Assembly (NCBI GenBank): GCA_963663165.1
Contig: OY760175.1
Span: 160,001-224,000, forward strand
Reading direction: 5' to 3'
DNA length: 64,000 nucleotides
Source: an uncultured Desulfospira sp.
GTDB lineage: Bacteria; Desulfobacterota; Desulfobacteria; Desulfobacterales; Desulfobacteraceae
Numbering within the stretch: the first letter of the stretch is position 1; each line of letters begins with the position of its first letter. The translations under genes and the position numbers were made by a program. Positions 20,001 through 31,942 of this stretch are shown in pieces. The notes beneath the pieces are model-generated. The model did no database searches, was not told the DNA's origin, and saw only the letters and a program-made list of their open reading frames with translations.

Positions 20001-20208
20001 TACAATTTTTATTGTTGCAACAATAAAAATTGTAATTTTCATAACCATCCGATTTTAATCAGTTTTAGTAAAAAATCCCCACCCACACAACTTTTATTGT
20101 TACAACTTTTATTGTGAAATGAAATTTTCATTCATGGTTGAAATTTTAAAATATCCTTAATTTTCAATTGGTTAATTGTGTCCCCGGTTCTTTGGCACAA
20201 AACGTGCT
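20001..20208 (+). promoter_or_regulatory. Sigma54-type promoter of acs with four upstream activator-like boxes
   Basis: TGGCAC-N5-GTGCT at 20193-20208; ACAAYTTTTATTGT at 20002, 20020 (inverted), 20087 and 20102. Confidence 0.75.
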
Positions 20209-20286
20209 AAATTATATGAATAGATTGTATTTAGTAAATGGCATTCATTTAAGCGGCATCTTCACCTTAACCAAAAGGAGATTATT

Positions 20287-22323
<2,037 letters not shown>

Positions 22324-22415
22324 TGTTTACAGGATAATTTTTTTAGGGAACCGGCACCGCCGGTTCCCTAAGCCCAAAACATTCCCCCTGTAACCCCAAA
22401 AAAAGGAGTTTTTTT

Positions 22416-23741
22416 ATGACAACGCAAACCATTACCAAGACTGTTACTCAGGCCGAGCTTGAGGGAAAAGTACCGGCACAGGCATGGGTTACCACGTTTT
22501 CAGGCACAGCGGTTAATTTGTGTCTGGGGATTTTGTATGCCTGGAGTATCTGGAAATCGGCATTGGTCAATGTGGACTTGGCGGGACAGCCAATGAGCGG
22601 CGTTAATGAGGGGTGGCTTTACCTGACCAATGCCCAGGCCGCTACGCCCTATTCCCTGTGTGCCATTATATTCGCACTGTTTATGATCCCGGGCGGAAAA
22701 ATTCAAGATAGAATAAGCCCGGCGTTCGGCGCTACAGTGGGAGGGCTTCTGCTTGCTGCCGGGTGTATCCTGGCAGGATTCATGAAAAGCTACACCGGCC
22801 TGATTCTTGGGTTTGGCGTGCTTGGCGGTGCCGGTATGGGCATTGGTTATGCCGCCCCGACCCCGGCGGCCCTTAAATGGTTTGGCCCGGAAAAGCGCGG
22901 TTTGATCGCAGGCCTGGTGGTTGGCGGTTATGGCGGTGCGGCCCTGTACATCAGCTACCTGGGGCAGTATTTCATTGACTCCTGGGGGATTTCAGGCAGT
23001 TTTTATGCGCTTGGCGCGCTGTTCTGCATTGTGGTGATCATTGCCGGTCAGCTGCTGAAGACCCCGCCGGAAGGGTATACCCCGCCGGTCCCCATGAGCC
23101 GGGCAAATTTCAAACTGAACCAGGCAACGGAAAAAACCCATGACTGGGAAGCCGGTGATGTCCTTAGAACCTGGCAGCTGTATGCCCTGATATTCATGTT
23201 TATCCTGACCACCCAGTCCGGCCTTTTGATTATCAGCAGCGCCAAAGGGCTGATGGCGACAACGGCCAAAGGGATGCCCTTCTTTGTCACCAATGCCTGG
23301 CTTCTGGTCTCCTTCGGCGGCCTGATCAATGCGTCGGGACGGGTTGGCACCGGGTATTATTCTGATAGAATCGGGCGGTTAAATGCCTATTGCATTAACT
23401 GCTCCATTTCGGCGCTTTGCCTGTTTTCCCTGCCCTATGTGATTTCCACCCAGAATATTTTCCTGCTGTTTCTCGTGGTCGGGATTGCTTACTGGCAGTA
23501 CGGTGGCGGTCTGGCCCTGATGCCGTCTTTTACGGCTGATTTCTTCGGTTCAAAGAATCTGGGATTCAACTATGGCCTGGTGTTCTTAGGATGGGGCTTA
23601 GGCGTGTTCATCGCCCGAATCGGCGGCATGATCCAGGATGTCACAGGTTCGTTGAACTATGCGTTCTATCTGTCCGGAGGTCTGCTGATCCTTGGCGTAA
23701 TCCTGGCAAAACTGACCACAAAACCGGTTTATAACGGATAA
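22416..23741 (+). CDS. MFS transporter, oxalate:formate antiporter (OFA)-like
   Basis: LCLGILYAWS, KWF.PEKRGL..G, N.GFNYG; about 12 TM segments. Confidence 0.88.
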   Translation: MTTQTITKTVTQAELEGKVPAQAWVTTFSGTAVNLCLGILYAWSIWKSALVNVDLAGQPMSGVNEGWLYLTNAQAATPYSLCAIIFALFMIPGGKIQDRISPAFGATVGGLLLAAGCILAGFMKSYTGLILGFGVLGGAGMGIGYAAPTPAALKWFGPEKRGLIAGLVVGGYGGAALYISYLGQYFIDSWGISGSFYALGALFCIVVIIAGQLLKTPPEGYTPPVPMSRANFKLNQATEKTHDWEAGDVLRTWQLYALIFMFILTTQSGLLIISSAKGLMATTAKGMPFFVTNAWLLVSFGGLINASGRVGTGYYSDRIGRLNAYCINCSISALCLFSLPYVISTQNIFLLFLVVGIAYWQYGGGLALMPSFTADFFGSKNLGFNYGLVFLGWGLGVFIARIGGMIQDVTGSLNYAFYLSGGLLILGVILAKLTTKPVYNG

Positions 23742-23790
23742 ATCTCGTTAGATTTTCTACCGAAATCCTGACACTGATAATGAAAACAAC

Positions 23791-23826
23791 AGCCCGCCTG
23801 CAAATCCATTGCAGGCGGGCTTTTTA
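23791..23826 (+). terminator. Intrinsic terminator after acs-MFS
   Basis: AGCCCGCCTGCAA...TTGCAGGCGGGCT then a T run. Confidence 0.85.
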
Positions 23827-23845
23827 TATTCAGGGGAATAGCTTG

Positions 23846-23893
23846 GTTAGAGCGGGCCATGCCCGCGAATCGCGGGCATGGCCCGCTCCTACA
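23846..23893. repeat. GTAG-family REP doublet (REPIN-like)
   Basis: GAGCGGGCCATGCCCGCGA-A-TCGCGGGCATGGCCCGCTCCTAC, an inverted pair. Confidence 0.75.
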
Positions 23894-23953
23894 CCGTAAC
23901 CTGAGGAAATTGGTAAAATTCGGTCTTCCGTTTTCCGTTTCCGGTCTTCTTTT

Positions 23954-25060
23954 TTATTTTTTCCGCGGCTGGTAGGAACACAACGGCTCCTGGGCCAGGT
24001 AATTTCCCGTGGCCTCATAGGCCCTTGCCCGGCATCCCCCGCACACCCGGTTAAATTCACAGATACCGCATTTGGGCTCTAAGTTGGAAAAGTTGCGAAG
24101 CTCATTGAATACCTTGGAGTTTTCCCAGACATCCTTAAAGCTCTGCCGGGTAATGTCCCCGCAGGTCACATCCAAAAATCCGCAGGTCTGGACCCGTCCC
24201 ACATGGGAGACAAAACAGAACCCGGTTCCGGCAAGGCAGCCCCGGGTGACGGCATCAAGACCGTGGGTTTCAAAGCTGACCTTTTTGCCTTCTTCATGGG
24301 CCCGTTGTCTTAGAATCCGGTAGTAATGGGGTGCACAGGTGGCCTTGAGCTGGAGGCTGGTTTTGTCCCGCTGATCGTAAAACCAGTTCAGGGTCTTTTC
24401 ATACTGTTCGGCGTCAATGGATGAATCCAGGATATACTTTCCCCGGCCCGTGGGCACCAGAAGAAAAATATGGTGGGCCACTGCGCCTAAGTCTTCGGCC
24501 AAAGACAGAATCTTAGGGATTTCATCCAGGTTGGTCTGGGTGATCACCGTGTTGATCTGGAATTCCAGGCCGGCCTCTCGGGCCAGCTTAATGCCGTGAA
24601 GGGCCCGGTCAAAGGCATTGGTAAGCCCCCTGAATTCGTCATGGGACTTGGCCGTGGCCCCGTCAAGGCTGATGCTGATCCGCTTGATGCCAGAGTCTTT
24701 CATCTTTTGAACCGCGGCTTCATCCACCAGGGTGCCGTTGGGCGCCATGACCATGCGAAGCCCCAGTTCTGTGCCATAAGCGGCAATATCAAAGATATCC
24801 TTCCGCAGCAGGGGTTCGCCGCCGGTGAGAATCACGATGGGGGTGCCCACCTCCCGGATCTGTTCTAAAAGCCTGAACGAGGCCTTGGTGTCCAGTTCAT
24901 TGTCATAGGGGTGGTCTTCGGCCACAGCCCGGCAGTGTTTGCACGAAAGGTTGCACCGCCTTGTGGTCTCCCAGGCCACCAGCCTGAGGGTGTGGGATGC
25001 GTCTTTGCCGGGGTGTCCCTGGCCCTGGCCATGGCCGCCGGATGCGTGGTGATGGCCCAT
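23954..25060 (-). CDS. ahbD: AdoMet-dependent heme b synthase (radical SAM/SPASM)
   Basis: LVAWETTRRCNLSCKHC, KATCAPHYYR, TRGCLAG, CGGCRARA; clustered with hemB and ahbC. Confidence 0.9.
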   Translation of the reverse strand: MGHHHASGGHGQGQGHPGKDASHTLRLVAWETTRRCNLSCKHCRAVAEDHPYDNELDTKASFRLLEQIREVGTPIVILTGGEPLLRKDIFDIAAYGTELGLRMVMAPNGTLVDEAAVQKMKDSGIKRISISLDGATAKSHDEFRGLTNAFDRALHGIKLAREAGLEFQINTVITQTNLDEIPKILSLAEDLGAVAHHIFLLVPTGRGKYILDSSIDAEQYEKTLNWFYDQRDKTSLQLKATCAPHYYRILRQRAHEEGKKVSFETHGLDAVTRGCLAGTGFCFVSHVGRVQTCGFLDVTCGDITRQSFKDVWENSKVFNELRNFSNLEPKCGICEFNRVCGGCRARAYEATGNYLAQEPLCSYQPRKK

Positions 25061-26037
25061 TATGCGGTGAGCTCCTTTGCGGCGTCAATGGCCGAATAGG
25101 TCAGGATCATATCGGCCCCGGCCCGTTTAATGGAGAGCAACGCTTCCATGACAACGGCTTTGCCATCCACCCAGCCCATCATTTCGGCGGCCTTCATGAT
25201 GGAATATTCCCCGCTGACATTGTAGGCGGCAACGGGCAGGTCGATTTCCTGCCGGATCCTGAAAATAATGTCCAGGTAGGGCAGGGCGGGTTTGACCATA
25301 ATAATATCCGCCCCCTCTTCAATGTCCATGGTGGCTTCCCTGATGGCTTCATCGGAATTGGCCGGATCCATCTGATAGGTCTTCCGGTCCCCGAACTTGG
25401 GCGCTGATTCGGCTGCTTCCCTGAAGGGGCCGTAAAAGGCAGAACAGTATTTGACGGCATAGGACATGATGGGGATATGGGAAAACCCTTCTTCATCCAG
25501 GGTTTCCCGGATTTCCGCTACACGGCCGTCCATCATGTCCGAAGGGGCTACCATGTCGGCACCGGCCTGAACATGGGACAGGGCGGTTTTTGCCAGAAGG
25601 TCCAGGGTGGCATCGTTGTCAATGATGCCGTTGTCCACCACCATCCCGCAGTGGCCATGGTCGGTATATTCGCACAGGCAGACATCGGTCAGGACACTGA
25701 TGTCCGGCACCTTTTCCTTGACCGCGGCAATGGCCCTCTGGACAATACCGTCTTTGGCATAGGCCTGGGTGGCCAGGCTGTCTTTTTTGTCCGGGATCCC
25801 AAACAGGATAATGCCTGGGATCCCCACATCCTTGGCCTCCTGGGCTTTTTTCACAATATGGTCGATGGACAACTGAAATTGGCCGGGCATGGAGTCAATG
25901 GGTTTTTTGACCCCCTTTCCTTCAACGGCAAACAACGGCTGAATCAGGTCATCACAGGAAAGCTTGGTTTCACGGACCATCCGCCTGAAATTCTCACAAC
26001 TTCTAAGTCTTCTGCCCCTGTAGTCGGGAAAAAGCAT
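25060..26037 (-). CDS. hemB: Porphobilinogen synthase
   Basis: [36 protein letters not shown]. Confidence 0.97.
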   Translation of the reverse strand: MLFPDYRGRRLRSCENFRRMVRETKLSCDDLIQPLFAVEGKGVKKPIDSMPGQFQLSIDHIVKKAQEAKDVGIPGIILFGIPDKKDSLATQAYAKDGIVQRAIAAVKEKVPDISVLTDVCLCEYTDHGHCGMVVDNGIIDNDATLDLLAKTALSHVQAGADMVAPSDMMDGRVAEIRETLDEEGFSHIPIMSYAVKYCSAFYGPFREAAESAPKFGDRKTYQMDPANSDEAIREATMDIEEGADIIMVKPALPYLDIIFRIRQEIDLPVAAYNVSGEYSIMKAAEMMGWVDGKAVVMEALLSIKRAGADMILTYSAIDAAKELTA

Positions 26038-26090
26038 TATGGATCTCCTTGATACCTTGATAAGGCAATTATTTTAAATCTCGGTTAACC

Positions 26091-26212
26091 GTTTGGTCGG
26101 GAATTTGCCCAGATGCAAGGCGCAGAAAAATTTGCAACCGGAGCAACCTTGAGGGTTGTGAGGATTACAAATTTTTCTGCAACACAGCAGATGGGTGAAT
26201 TCCCGGCCAAAC
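26091..26212 (+). repeat. ~122-bp structured (long hairpin) intergenic repeat, full copy
   Basis: Closely similar to 46505-46629; nested inverted repeats. Confidence 0.88.
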
Positions 26213-26216
26213 AGAA

Positions 26217-27395
26217 TTATTTAATTTCTTCGTCGGTCAGATAACACGCCGGGTCCGAATCCCAGGGATCATTGGCCACAGATTCCGCCCGGGCCCTGAA
26301 ATTGCCGGCACAGATATCCAGCCAGCGGCACCCGGCACACCGTCCCTTAACGTGTTTTTTCTTTTCCTTCATCTTCATGAGAAATTCGTTTTCAGGATCG
26401 GTCCAGAGTTCGGAAAAGGGGCGGTCTTTGATATTGCCAAAACTGATTTCCCGCCAGAACTGGTCCGGGTGGACCTCGCCGTCCCATGAAATACAGCCGA
26501 TGCCTCTGCCCGAGTTGTTTCCCTCGTTCATCTCAAGCAGTTCAAGCACCTCTGCGGCCCGGTCCGGGTCTTCCTTGAGCAGCCGCTGGTAAACGTAAGG
26601 GCCGTCGGCATGATTGTCCACGGTAAGGATTTCCTTGGGCTTATTTCGCTCATGAAGATCCCGGGTCCGGTCCATGATCAGGTCCAGGACCTTTCGGGTT
26701 TCCTCGTGGCTTAAATCCTCTTTGGCGATTTCACTGCCCCGGCCGGAGTAAACCAGGTGGTAAAAACAGGCCCTGGGGATGTTCTTTTGTTCAAGCAGGT
26801 CAAAGACCCCCGGGATATCCTGAACATTTCTCTTGTTGATGGTAAAGCGCAACCCCACCTTGATGCCGGCGTCCTGGCAGTATTCAATGGCCTTCATGAC
26901 CTTTTGGAAACTGCCTTTAACCCCCCTGAATTTGTCATGGGTTTCTTCCATTCCGTCCAGGCTGATGCCCACATAGGACAGGCCGATCTCCTTGAGGGTT
27001 TTGGCCTTTTCCCGGGTGATCAGGGTTCCGTTGGTGGAGATCACCGCCCGCATGCCTTTGGATACCGCATATTTGGCGTAATCCACAAGCCTGGGGTGAA
27101 CCAGGGGCTCTCCACCGGAAAACAGCAGGACCGGCACCCCGAATTGGGCCAGGTCATCAATCATGGTGATACACTGTTCATGGGTCAGCTCGTTGTCATA
27201 GGAAATGTCCTCGGATCTGGCATAACAGTGAACACACTTCAGGTTGCACCTCCGGGTCATGTTCCAGACCACCACCGGTTTTTTATCAACGGAAAACTGA
27301 AGCAGGTGGGAGGGCAGGTTGCCCGAATGTCTGGCATACCGCAGGGCATCAGAAGGTTCAACCGTGGCACAGTACAGCTTGGAAATTCCAATCAT
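26217..27395 (-). CDS. ahbC: 12,18-didecarboxysiroheme deacetylase (radical SAM)
   Basis: MIGISKLYC, KKPVVVWNMTRRCNLKCVHCY, YHLVYSGRG, LTVDNHADG, HPDQFW. Confidence 0.92.
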   Translation of the reverse strand: MIGISKLYCATVEPSDALRYARHSGNLPSHLLQFSVDKKPVVVWNMTRRCNLKCVHCYARSEDISYDNELTHEQCITMIDDLAQFGVPVLLFSGGEPLVHPRLVDYAKYAVSKGMRAVISTNGTLITREKAKTLKEIGLSYVGISLDGMEETHDKFRGVKGSFQKVMKAIEYCQDAGIKVGLRFTINKRNVQDIPGVFDLLEQKNIPRACFYHLVYSGRGSEIAKEDLSHEETRKVLDLIMDRTRDLHERNKPKEILTVDNHADGPYVYQRLLKEDPDRAAEVLELLEMNEGNNSGRGIGCISWDGEVHPDQFWREISFGNIKDRPFSELWTDPENEFLMKMKEKKKHVKGRCAGCRWLDICAGNFRARAESVANDPWDSDPACYLTDEEIK

Positions 27396-29137
27396 TGTAT
27401 TTCTTTCCTGATAAGATGGTTAAGGTATTCATTATGGTCCAGCAAGGCCTTTTTGGAGAGGAAAAACCGGTTTTTCCCTGTTTTTTCCCGGACAAGGTTG
27501 AATCCGTCATAATATTTGTCATAGATATTTCTTAAAATTTCCTCGCTGGTAGCGCGGTGTTCCACAAACTGCTCAATAAGAAAATCAATGGCATCTTCTT
27601 CAAAAACCACGTTCATATCATAGCTTTTGGATATTTCAACCTCAATTTCCTTGACCGAGTCATAGAACTTTTTGATCTGCTTGACGGCATCGTCGACTTC
27701 AATCACGTTGGAGACAAAATATTGGGCCACCAGGTCACACCTTATTCGGGACAGGGTCAGTCCGTGGCGGATGGACAGCCGTTTCCAGTTGTCTTTGAGG
27801 TAGGTGGTAATGTATGAGGTAAAATCCTGCTTTACCCGTTTGAATTCGGCTTCAAAGGCCTCAAGATTTTCACCGGCTTCCAGCTGTTTCAACACCGTTT
27901 TGGGGGAGGTTAAAAGGGTCTGGTTGACGGTCAGGTGGCCCACACTGGTGGATGGCAGCCGTTCTTCAAAAGGTAAAAGGGCATCTTCCACCACACTGAC
28001 CAGACCCCGGGCCCCGGTGTTCTCTTTAAACGCCCGTTCCGCTAAGATTTTAAGGGCATTGTCGCTGAACACAATATCCAGGCCATAGGCGCAAAAATCA
28101 AGGCGCTTGTTTAAGATCACCGGGTTGTTGGGCATTTTTAAAACGGCATACAGGTCATCCTTGTCCAGGGTGTCCAGCACACACCTTACCGGAACCCTGC
28201 CGATAAATTCAGACTCAAACCCGAACTTGACCAGATCCTCGGCCCGGGTCTGCTTGAGCAGGTCCACCTCGTCACGGCTCTGGTTGAGCCTGGACCCAAA
28301 CCCGATGCTCTGCTTGGTCAGCCGTCTTCGGACCACATCGGACAGCCCTGAAAAGGCCCCGCTCAAAATGAACAAGATATTAGCAGTGTTCACCCGCCGC
28401 TTGGTTCTTTTGCCGGTTTTCTGGAAAAATTCAAGCTCCTGCATCATGGACACGGGATCATGGGGGACTTTCAGGTCCACTTCGGTCTCTTCCATGGGCT
28501 TTAAAAGGGCACGCTGAACCCCGGTCCTGGAGATCTGGGCACCGATGACATTGGGGCTTGCCGCAATCTTGTCGACTTCATCAATGTAGATAATGCCGCA
28601 TTCGGCAAGTTCTATATCGTCATCGGCCTCCTTGACCAGATCCCGGATCAGGTCTTCCACATCGCCGCCCACATATCCGGTTTCGGAAAATTTGGTGGCG
28701 TCGGCCTTGACAAAAGGCACCCCGATCCGTTTGGCAATGAGTTTGATCAGGTAGGTTTTCCCGATGCCGGTAGGGCCGAGCAGGAGAATATTGGATTTTA
28801 TATTGCCCGAAAGCCTGGGCATATCCCGGCCCCGGATTTCTTGCTGCCGGATCCGGTTAAAATGGGTACAGATTTTTGTGGAAAGAACAGACTTGGCCCT
28901 GTCCTGCCGGACAACATATTGATCCAGGTATGAGATCAGTTCGGCGGGCTTGATATCGAAATGAATGAGCTCCTTTCTGCCTTTTGAAGGAGACTTTCCA
29001 GTGATAGGGGTCTGGCGGGGCTGTATGGAGGGAGAAATAATTTTAACACTCCCCCCGAATTTTTTATTTAAAAATTCCCCGAGTTCCTTTTCCACTTGTT
29101 TGGGGTCTTGAGCGTGAATCTCATTAAACGTTTTCAT
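27392..29137 (-). CDS. ClpX-like AAA+ ATPase lacking the N-terminal Zn finger, with a C-terminal extension
   Basis: GPTGIGKT, DATKFSETGYVGGDVE, YIDEVDK, GVQRALLK, SIGF loop, TGARGL. Confidence 0.85.
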   Translation of the reverse strand: MKTFNEIHAQDPKQVEKELGEFLNKKFGGSVKIISPSIQPRQTPITGKSPSKGRKELIHFDIKPAELISYLDQYVVRQDRAKSVLSTKICTHFNRIRQQEIRGRDMPRLSGNIKSNILLLGPTGIGKTYLIKLIAKRIGVPFVKADATKFSETGYVGGDVEDLIRDLVKEADDDIELAECGIIYIDEVDKIAASPNVIGAQISRTGVQRALLKPMEETEVDLKVPHDPVSMMQELEFFQKTGKRTKRRVNTANILFILSGAFSGLSDVVRRRLTKQSIGFGSRLNQSRDEVDLLKQTRAEDLVKFGFESEFIGRVPVRCVLDTLDKDDLYAVLKMPNNPVILNKRLDFCAYGLDIVFSDNALKILAERAFKENTGARGLVSVVEDALLPFEERLPSTSVGHLTVNQTLLTSPKTVLKQLEAGENLEAFEAEFKRVKQDFTSYITTYLKDNWKRLSIRHGLTLSRIRCDLVAQYFVSNVIEVDDAVKQIKKFYDSVKEIEVEISKSYDMNVVFEEDAIDFLIEQFVEHRATSEEILRNIYDKYYDGFNLVREKTGKNRFFLSKKALLDHNEYLNHLIRKEIQ

Positions 29138-29185
29138 AATGAAGATAATATAAACAAGGTTGGTAAATTATCAAGCAGGCCAGGC

Positions 29186-29371
29186 TTAAGAATCTTTTTT
29201 TACTTTCTCCTGAAAGTAAGAACAGGGTTCACCGGAGCTTTGGTATACGACCGTACTGGGCATCTGCCGGGATTTAAAACCCAGAGCCCTGCAACCGTTG
29301 GGATGGGCTATCTCCCAGGTAACGTAGAAGAACTGACATTTAAAGCAGTTTCGTTTATAATCCTTGACCAT
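29186..29371 (-). CDS. Small 4-Cys protein of unknown function
   Basis: NCFKC.FFYVTW....P.GC.A.GFKS..MPS..V...SG..C pattern. Confidence 0.65.
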   Translation of the reverse strand: MVKDYKRNCFKCQFFYVTWEIAHPNGCRALGFKSRQMPSTVVYQSSGEPCSYFQEKVKKDS

Positions 29372-29550
29372 GAACTGTTAAGCTGCCTGATGCTTGGGCC
29401 TTTTCTCTAAGGGTGATGGTTCGCGTTTTGTAAAAGACTTATACCATATTTTGTATGAAAAACGCTAAGGAAAAGGCTTGGGGAAATTGCCGGTTGTTTG
29501 CCCGTTGTTTGATGTCGGTTTGGAGTGGATAATAATGTAGAAAAGGTAAT

Positions 29551-29630
29551 TAGACTGAAGGTGGTTAGGCTGAAGGGATGCACTGCCCTAAATCCCTTCA
29601 GCCTTCAGTCTTCAGCCTAAATCCCTAAAT
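29551..29630. repeat. GACTGAAG/CTTCAGCC intergenic repeat family, copy 2
   Basis: TAGACTGAAGGTGGTTAGGCTGAAG...CTTCAGCCTTCAGTCTTCAGCCTAA. Confidence 0.75.
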
Positions 29631-29673
29631 AATTGGAATTAACCTGATTTTTACATGAATTGCACTGGGCAAT

Positions 29674-29708
29674 AAAAAAAGGGCTGATAAAAACTCAGCC
29701 CTTTTTTT
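29674..29708. terminator. Intrinsic terminator downstream of tRNA-Leu
   Basis: A7-GGGCTGA...TCAGCCC-T7. Confidence 0.85.
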
Positions 29709-29716
29709 AAATTGTA

Positions 29717-29801
29717 TGGTGCCGAAGGGGAGATTTGAACTCCCACGGGTCTCCCCACACGCCCCTCAAGCGTGCGTGTCTACCTATTCCACCACTTCGG
29801 C
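29717..29801 (-). tRNA. tRNA-Leu(GAG)
   Basis: GCCGAAG...CTTCGGC-ACCA acceptor; anticodon arm CACGC-TTGAGGG-GCGTG; long variable arm; GTTCAAATC. Confidence 0.96.
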
Positions 29802-29815
29802 ATTTCTTTGTTCGT

Positions 29816-30148
29816 CTATTCGGTTGCGCTGCCGGTATTGCCGGTCTGGTCTTGTGCCGGTTGTAAGGGTTGGCTTTGTTCAACCGTGTCGGCATTCTTC
29901 ATGACGCTGCTCTCTGACTGGTGGCCGGAAAGATAGGCCAGTGACAGGGAGGTGATCATAAAGATAATGGCAACGCCGGTGGTCACCTTGGCAAGAAGGC
30001 TTGCCGGACCGGAGGCACCGAACAGTGTCTGGCTTGCTCCGCCGCCGAGAGAAACCCCCATCTCAGCGCCTTTTCCGCTCTGAAGCAGTACGATCAGGAT
30101 CAAGAGAACACAGACGATAATATGTATGGTAACAATAAAACTTGTCAT
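29816..30148 (-). CDS. secG: Preprotein translocase subunit SecG
   Basis: [22 protein letters not shown]; tpiA-secG-tRNA-Leu synteny. Confidence 0.95.
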   Translation of the reverse strand: MTSFIVTIHIIVCVLLILIVLLQSGKGAEMGVSLGGGASQTLFGASGPASLLAKVTTGVAIIFMITSLSLAYLSGHQSESSVMKNADTVEQSQPLQPAQDQTGNTGSATE

Positions 30149-30149
30149 T

Positions 30150-30917
30150 TTATCCGCTTTGTTTGTTAAAGTTTATTATATGAATAAACTTATCCGCATC
30201 AAGGCTTGCGCCGCCAACCAGTGCCCCGTCAACATCTTCGATGGCCATGAGGTCTTTTGCATTCTCAGGCTTGACCGATCCGCCGTAAAGGATCCGGGTG
30301 GCATCGGCCAGTTCTTTGGAATATAAAGATTCCAAATGTTTTCTTAAGTGCCTGTGGACCTCTTCGACCATATCGGTGGTGGCTGTCTTGCCGGTACCGA
30401 TGGCCCATACGGGCTCGTAAGCCAGCACAAGATCCTGGATGTCTTCAGGACCTGAAGCTTTTAACCCATCTGATACCTGTTTGTCAAGGACAAAAAAAGT
30501 TTTTCCCTGGTCCCGTTCGGCTTCGGTTTCCCCGATGCAAAGGACCGGCTTTAACCCTTCTTTAACAGCGGCGGTTACCTTTTTGGAAACAGACTCATCG
30601 GTTTCCCCGAAGTACTGGCGCCGTTCCGAGTGGCCGATAATGACATATTCCGCACCCGCATCCTTGATCATGGGGGCGGATACTTCGCCGGTATAGGCGC
30701 CCTCGGCTTCAAAGTACAGGTTCTGGGCCCCTGCTTTGACCGGGCTGCCTTCAAAGGCCCTGGCCACCAGGGGAAGGGACAGGTAGGTGGGGGCAATCAT
30801 CACTTCCACGTCTGTCACATCTTTGCACAGTTCTGCCAGACGGGATGCCGTTGCCACCGCTTGGGTCCCGGTTTTGTACATTTTCCAGTTGCCTGCGATC
30901 AGTGGTATTCTGCTCAT
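30150..30917 (-). CDS. tpiA: Triosephosphate isomerase
   Basis: AGNWKM, GHSERR, AYEPVWAIGTG, YGGSV, LVGGASL. Confidence 0.98.
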   Translation of the reverse strand: MSRIPLIAGNWKMYKTGTQAVATASRLAELCKDVTDVEVMIAPTYLSLPLVARAFEGSPVKAGAQNLYFEAEGAYTGEVSAPMIKDAGAEYVIIGHSERRQYFGETDESVSKKVTAAVKEGLKPVLCIGETEAERDQGKTFFVLDKQVSDGLKASGPEDIQDLVLAYEPVWAIGTGKTATTDMVEEVHRHLRKHLESLYSKELADATRILYGGSVKPENAKDLMAIEDVDGALVGGASLDADKFIHIINFNKQSG

Positions 30918-30932
30918 ATTGTCCTCCCAACC

Positions 30933-31940
30933 CTAGAGGGATTTGCCCACCATAAGGGCCAGTTCAGCCAGTCTGGCAGAGTACCCGGCTTCGTTGTCAT
31001 ACCAGGAGTAAATTTTGACCATGTTGCCGTTGATGACATCCGTGCAGGAGGCATCCACGATGGATGACAGGGGATTGGACATGTAATCAATGGACACAAG
31101 GGGGGCTTCGGTGTAGCCCATGATGCCGGCAAGGCTTCCCTTTGATTCTTTTTCAAGGGCGGCATTCACCACTTCCTTGGTCAGGTCTGTTTTTTCGGTG
31201 AGGGCCACCAGATCCACCAGGGAGACATTGGGGGTGGGAACCCTGACGGACAGGCCGTTGAGTTTGCCCTTAAGTTCGGGAAGGACAAGGGACACCGCCT
31301 TGGCGGCGCCGGTGGTGGTCGGAATCATGGAAAGGGCGGCTGAGCGGGCTCTTCTCAGGTCTTTATGGGGGAAGTCCAGAAGCCGCTGATCACCTGTATA
31401 AGAGTGAACCGTGGTCATCATGCCGGACACAATCCCGAAGTTTTCCAAAAGAACCTTGGCGACCGGCGCCAGGCAGTTGGTGGTGCAGGATGCATTGGAA
31501 ATAATGGTATGGGCGGACGGGTCGTACATGGCATCGTTGACGCCCAGGACGATGGTCACGTCCGGATCAGGTGCCGGCGCGGAGATCAATACTTTTTTGG
31601 CCCCGCCCTTAAGGTGTTTGGAAGCCCCTTCCTTGTCCCGGAAAATACCGGTGCATTCAAGGACGATATCCACTCCGGCATCTCCCCAGGGGATCTCAGC
31701 CGGATCTCTGTGGGCCGTAACCGTAATCTTTTTATCGTCAATGAAAATAGCACCTTCTTCTGCACGGATGTCCTTGTTGAGGATGCCGTGAACAGAGTCG
31801 TAAGTCAAAAGGTGTGCTGTCGTCTTTGTGTCTGTAAGGTCGTTAATATGGACCACCTCAAGTTCAGGGTGGTTCAGGGCGGATCTAAGAACCACCCGGC
31901 CGATTCTGCCGAAACCGTTTATACCCAGTTTGATACTCAT
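30933..31940 (-). CDS. gap: Type I glyceraldehyde-3-phosphate dehydrogenase
   Basis: GINGFGRIGR, ASCTTNCL, WYDNE. Confidence 0.98.
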   Translation of the reverse strand: MSIKLGINGFGRIGRVVLRSALNHPELEVVHINDLTDTKTTAHLLTYDSVHGILNKDIRAEEGAIFIDDKKITVTAHRDPAEIPWGDAGVDIVLECTGIFRDKEGASKHLKGGAKKVLISAPAPDPDVTIVLGVNDAMYDPSAHTIISNASCTTNCLAPVAKVLLENFGIVSGMMTTVHSYTGDQRLLDFPHKDLRRARSAALSMIPTTTGAAKAVSLVLPELKGKLNGLSVRVPTPNVSLVDLVALTEKTDLTKEVVNAALEKESKGSLAGIMGYTEAPLVSIDYMSNPLSSIVDASCTDVINGNMVKIYSWYDNEAGYSARLAELALMVGKSL

Positions 31941-31942
31941 AC

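Noticed and set aside
29186..29371. Uracil-DNA glycosylase label, which I recall being attached to similar small proteins
   Set aside because: 61 aa with no UDG catalytic motifs
29707..29904. Short ORFs over tRNA-Leu
   Set aside because: The tRNA cloverleaf explains the sequence
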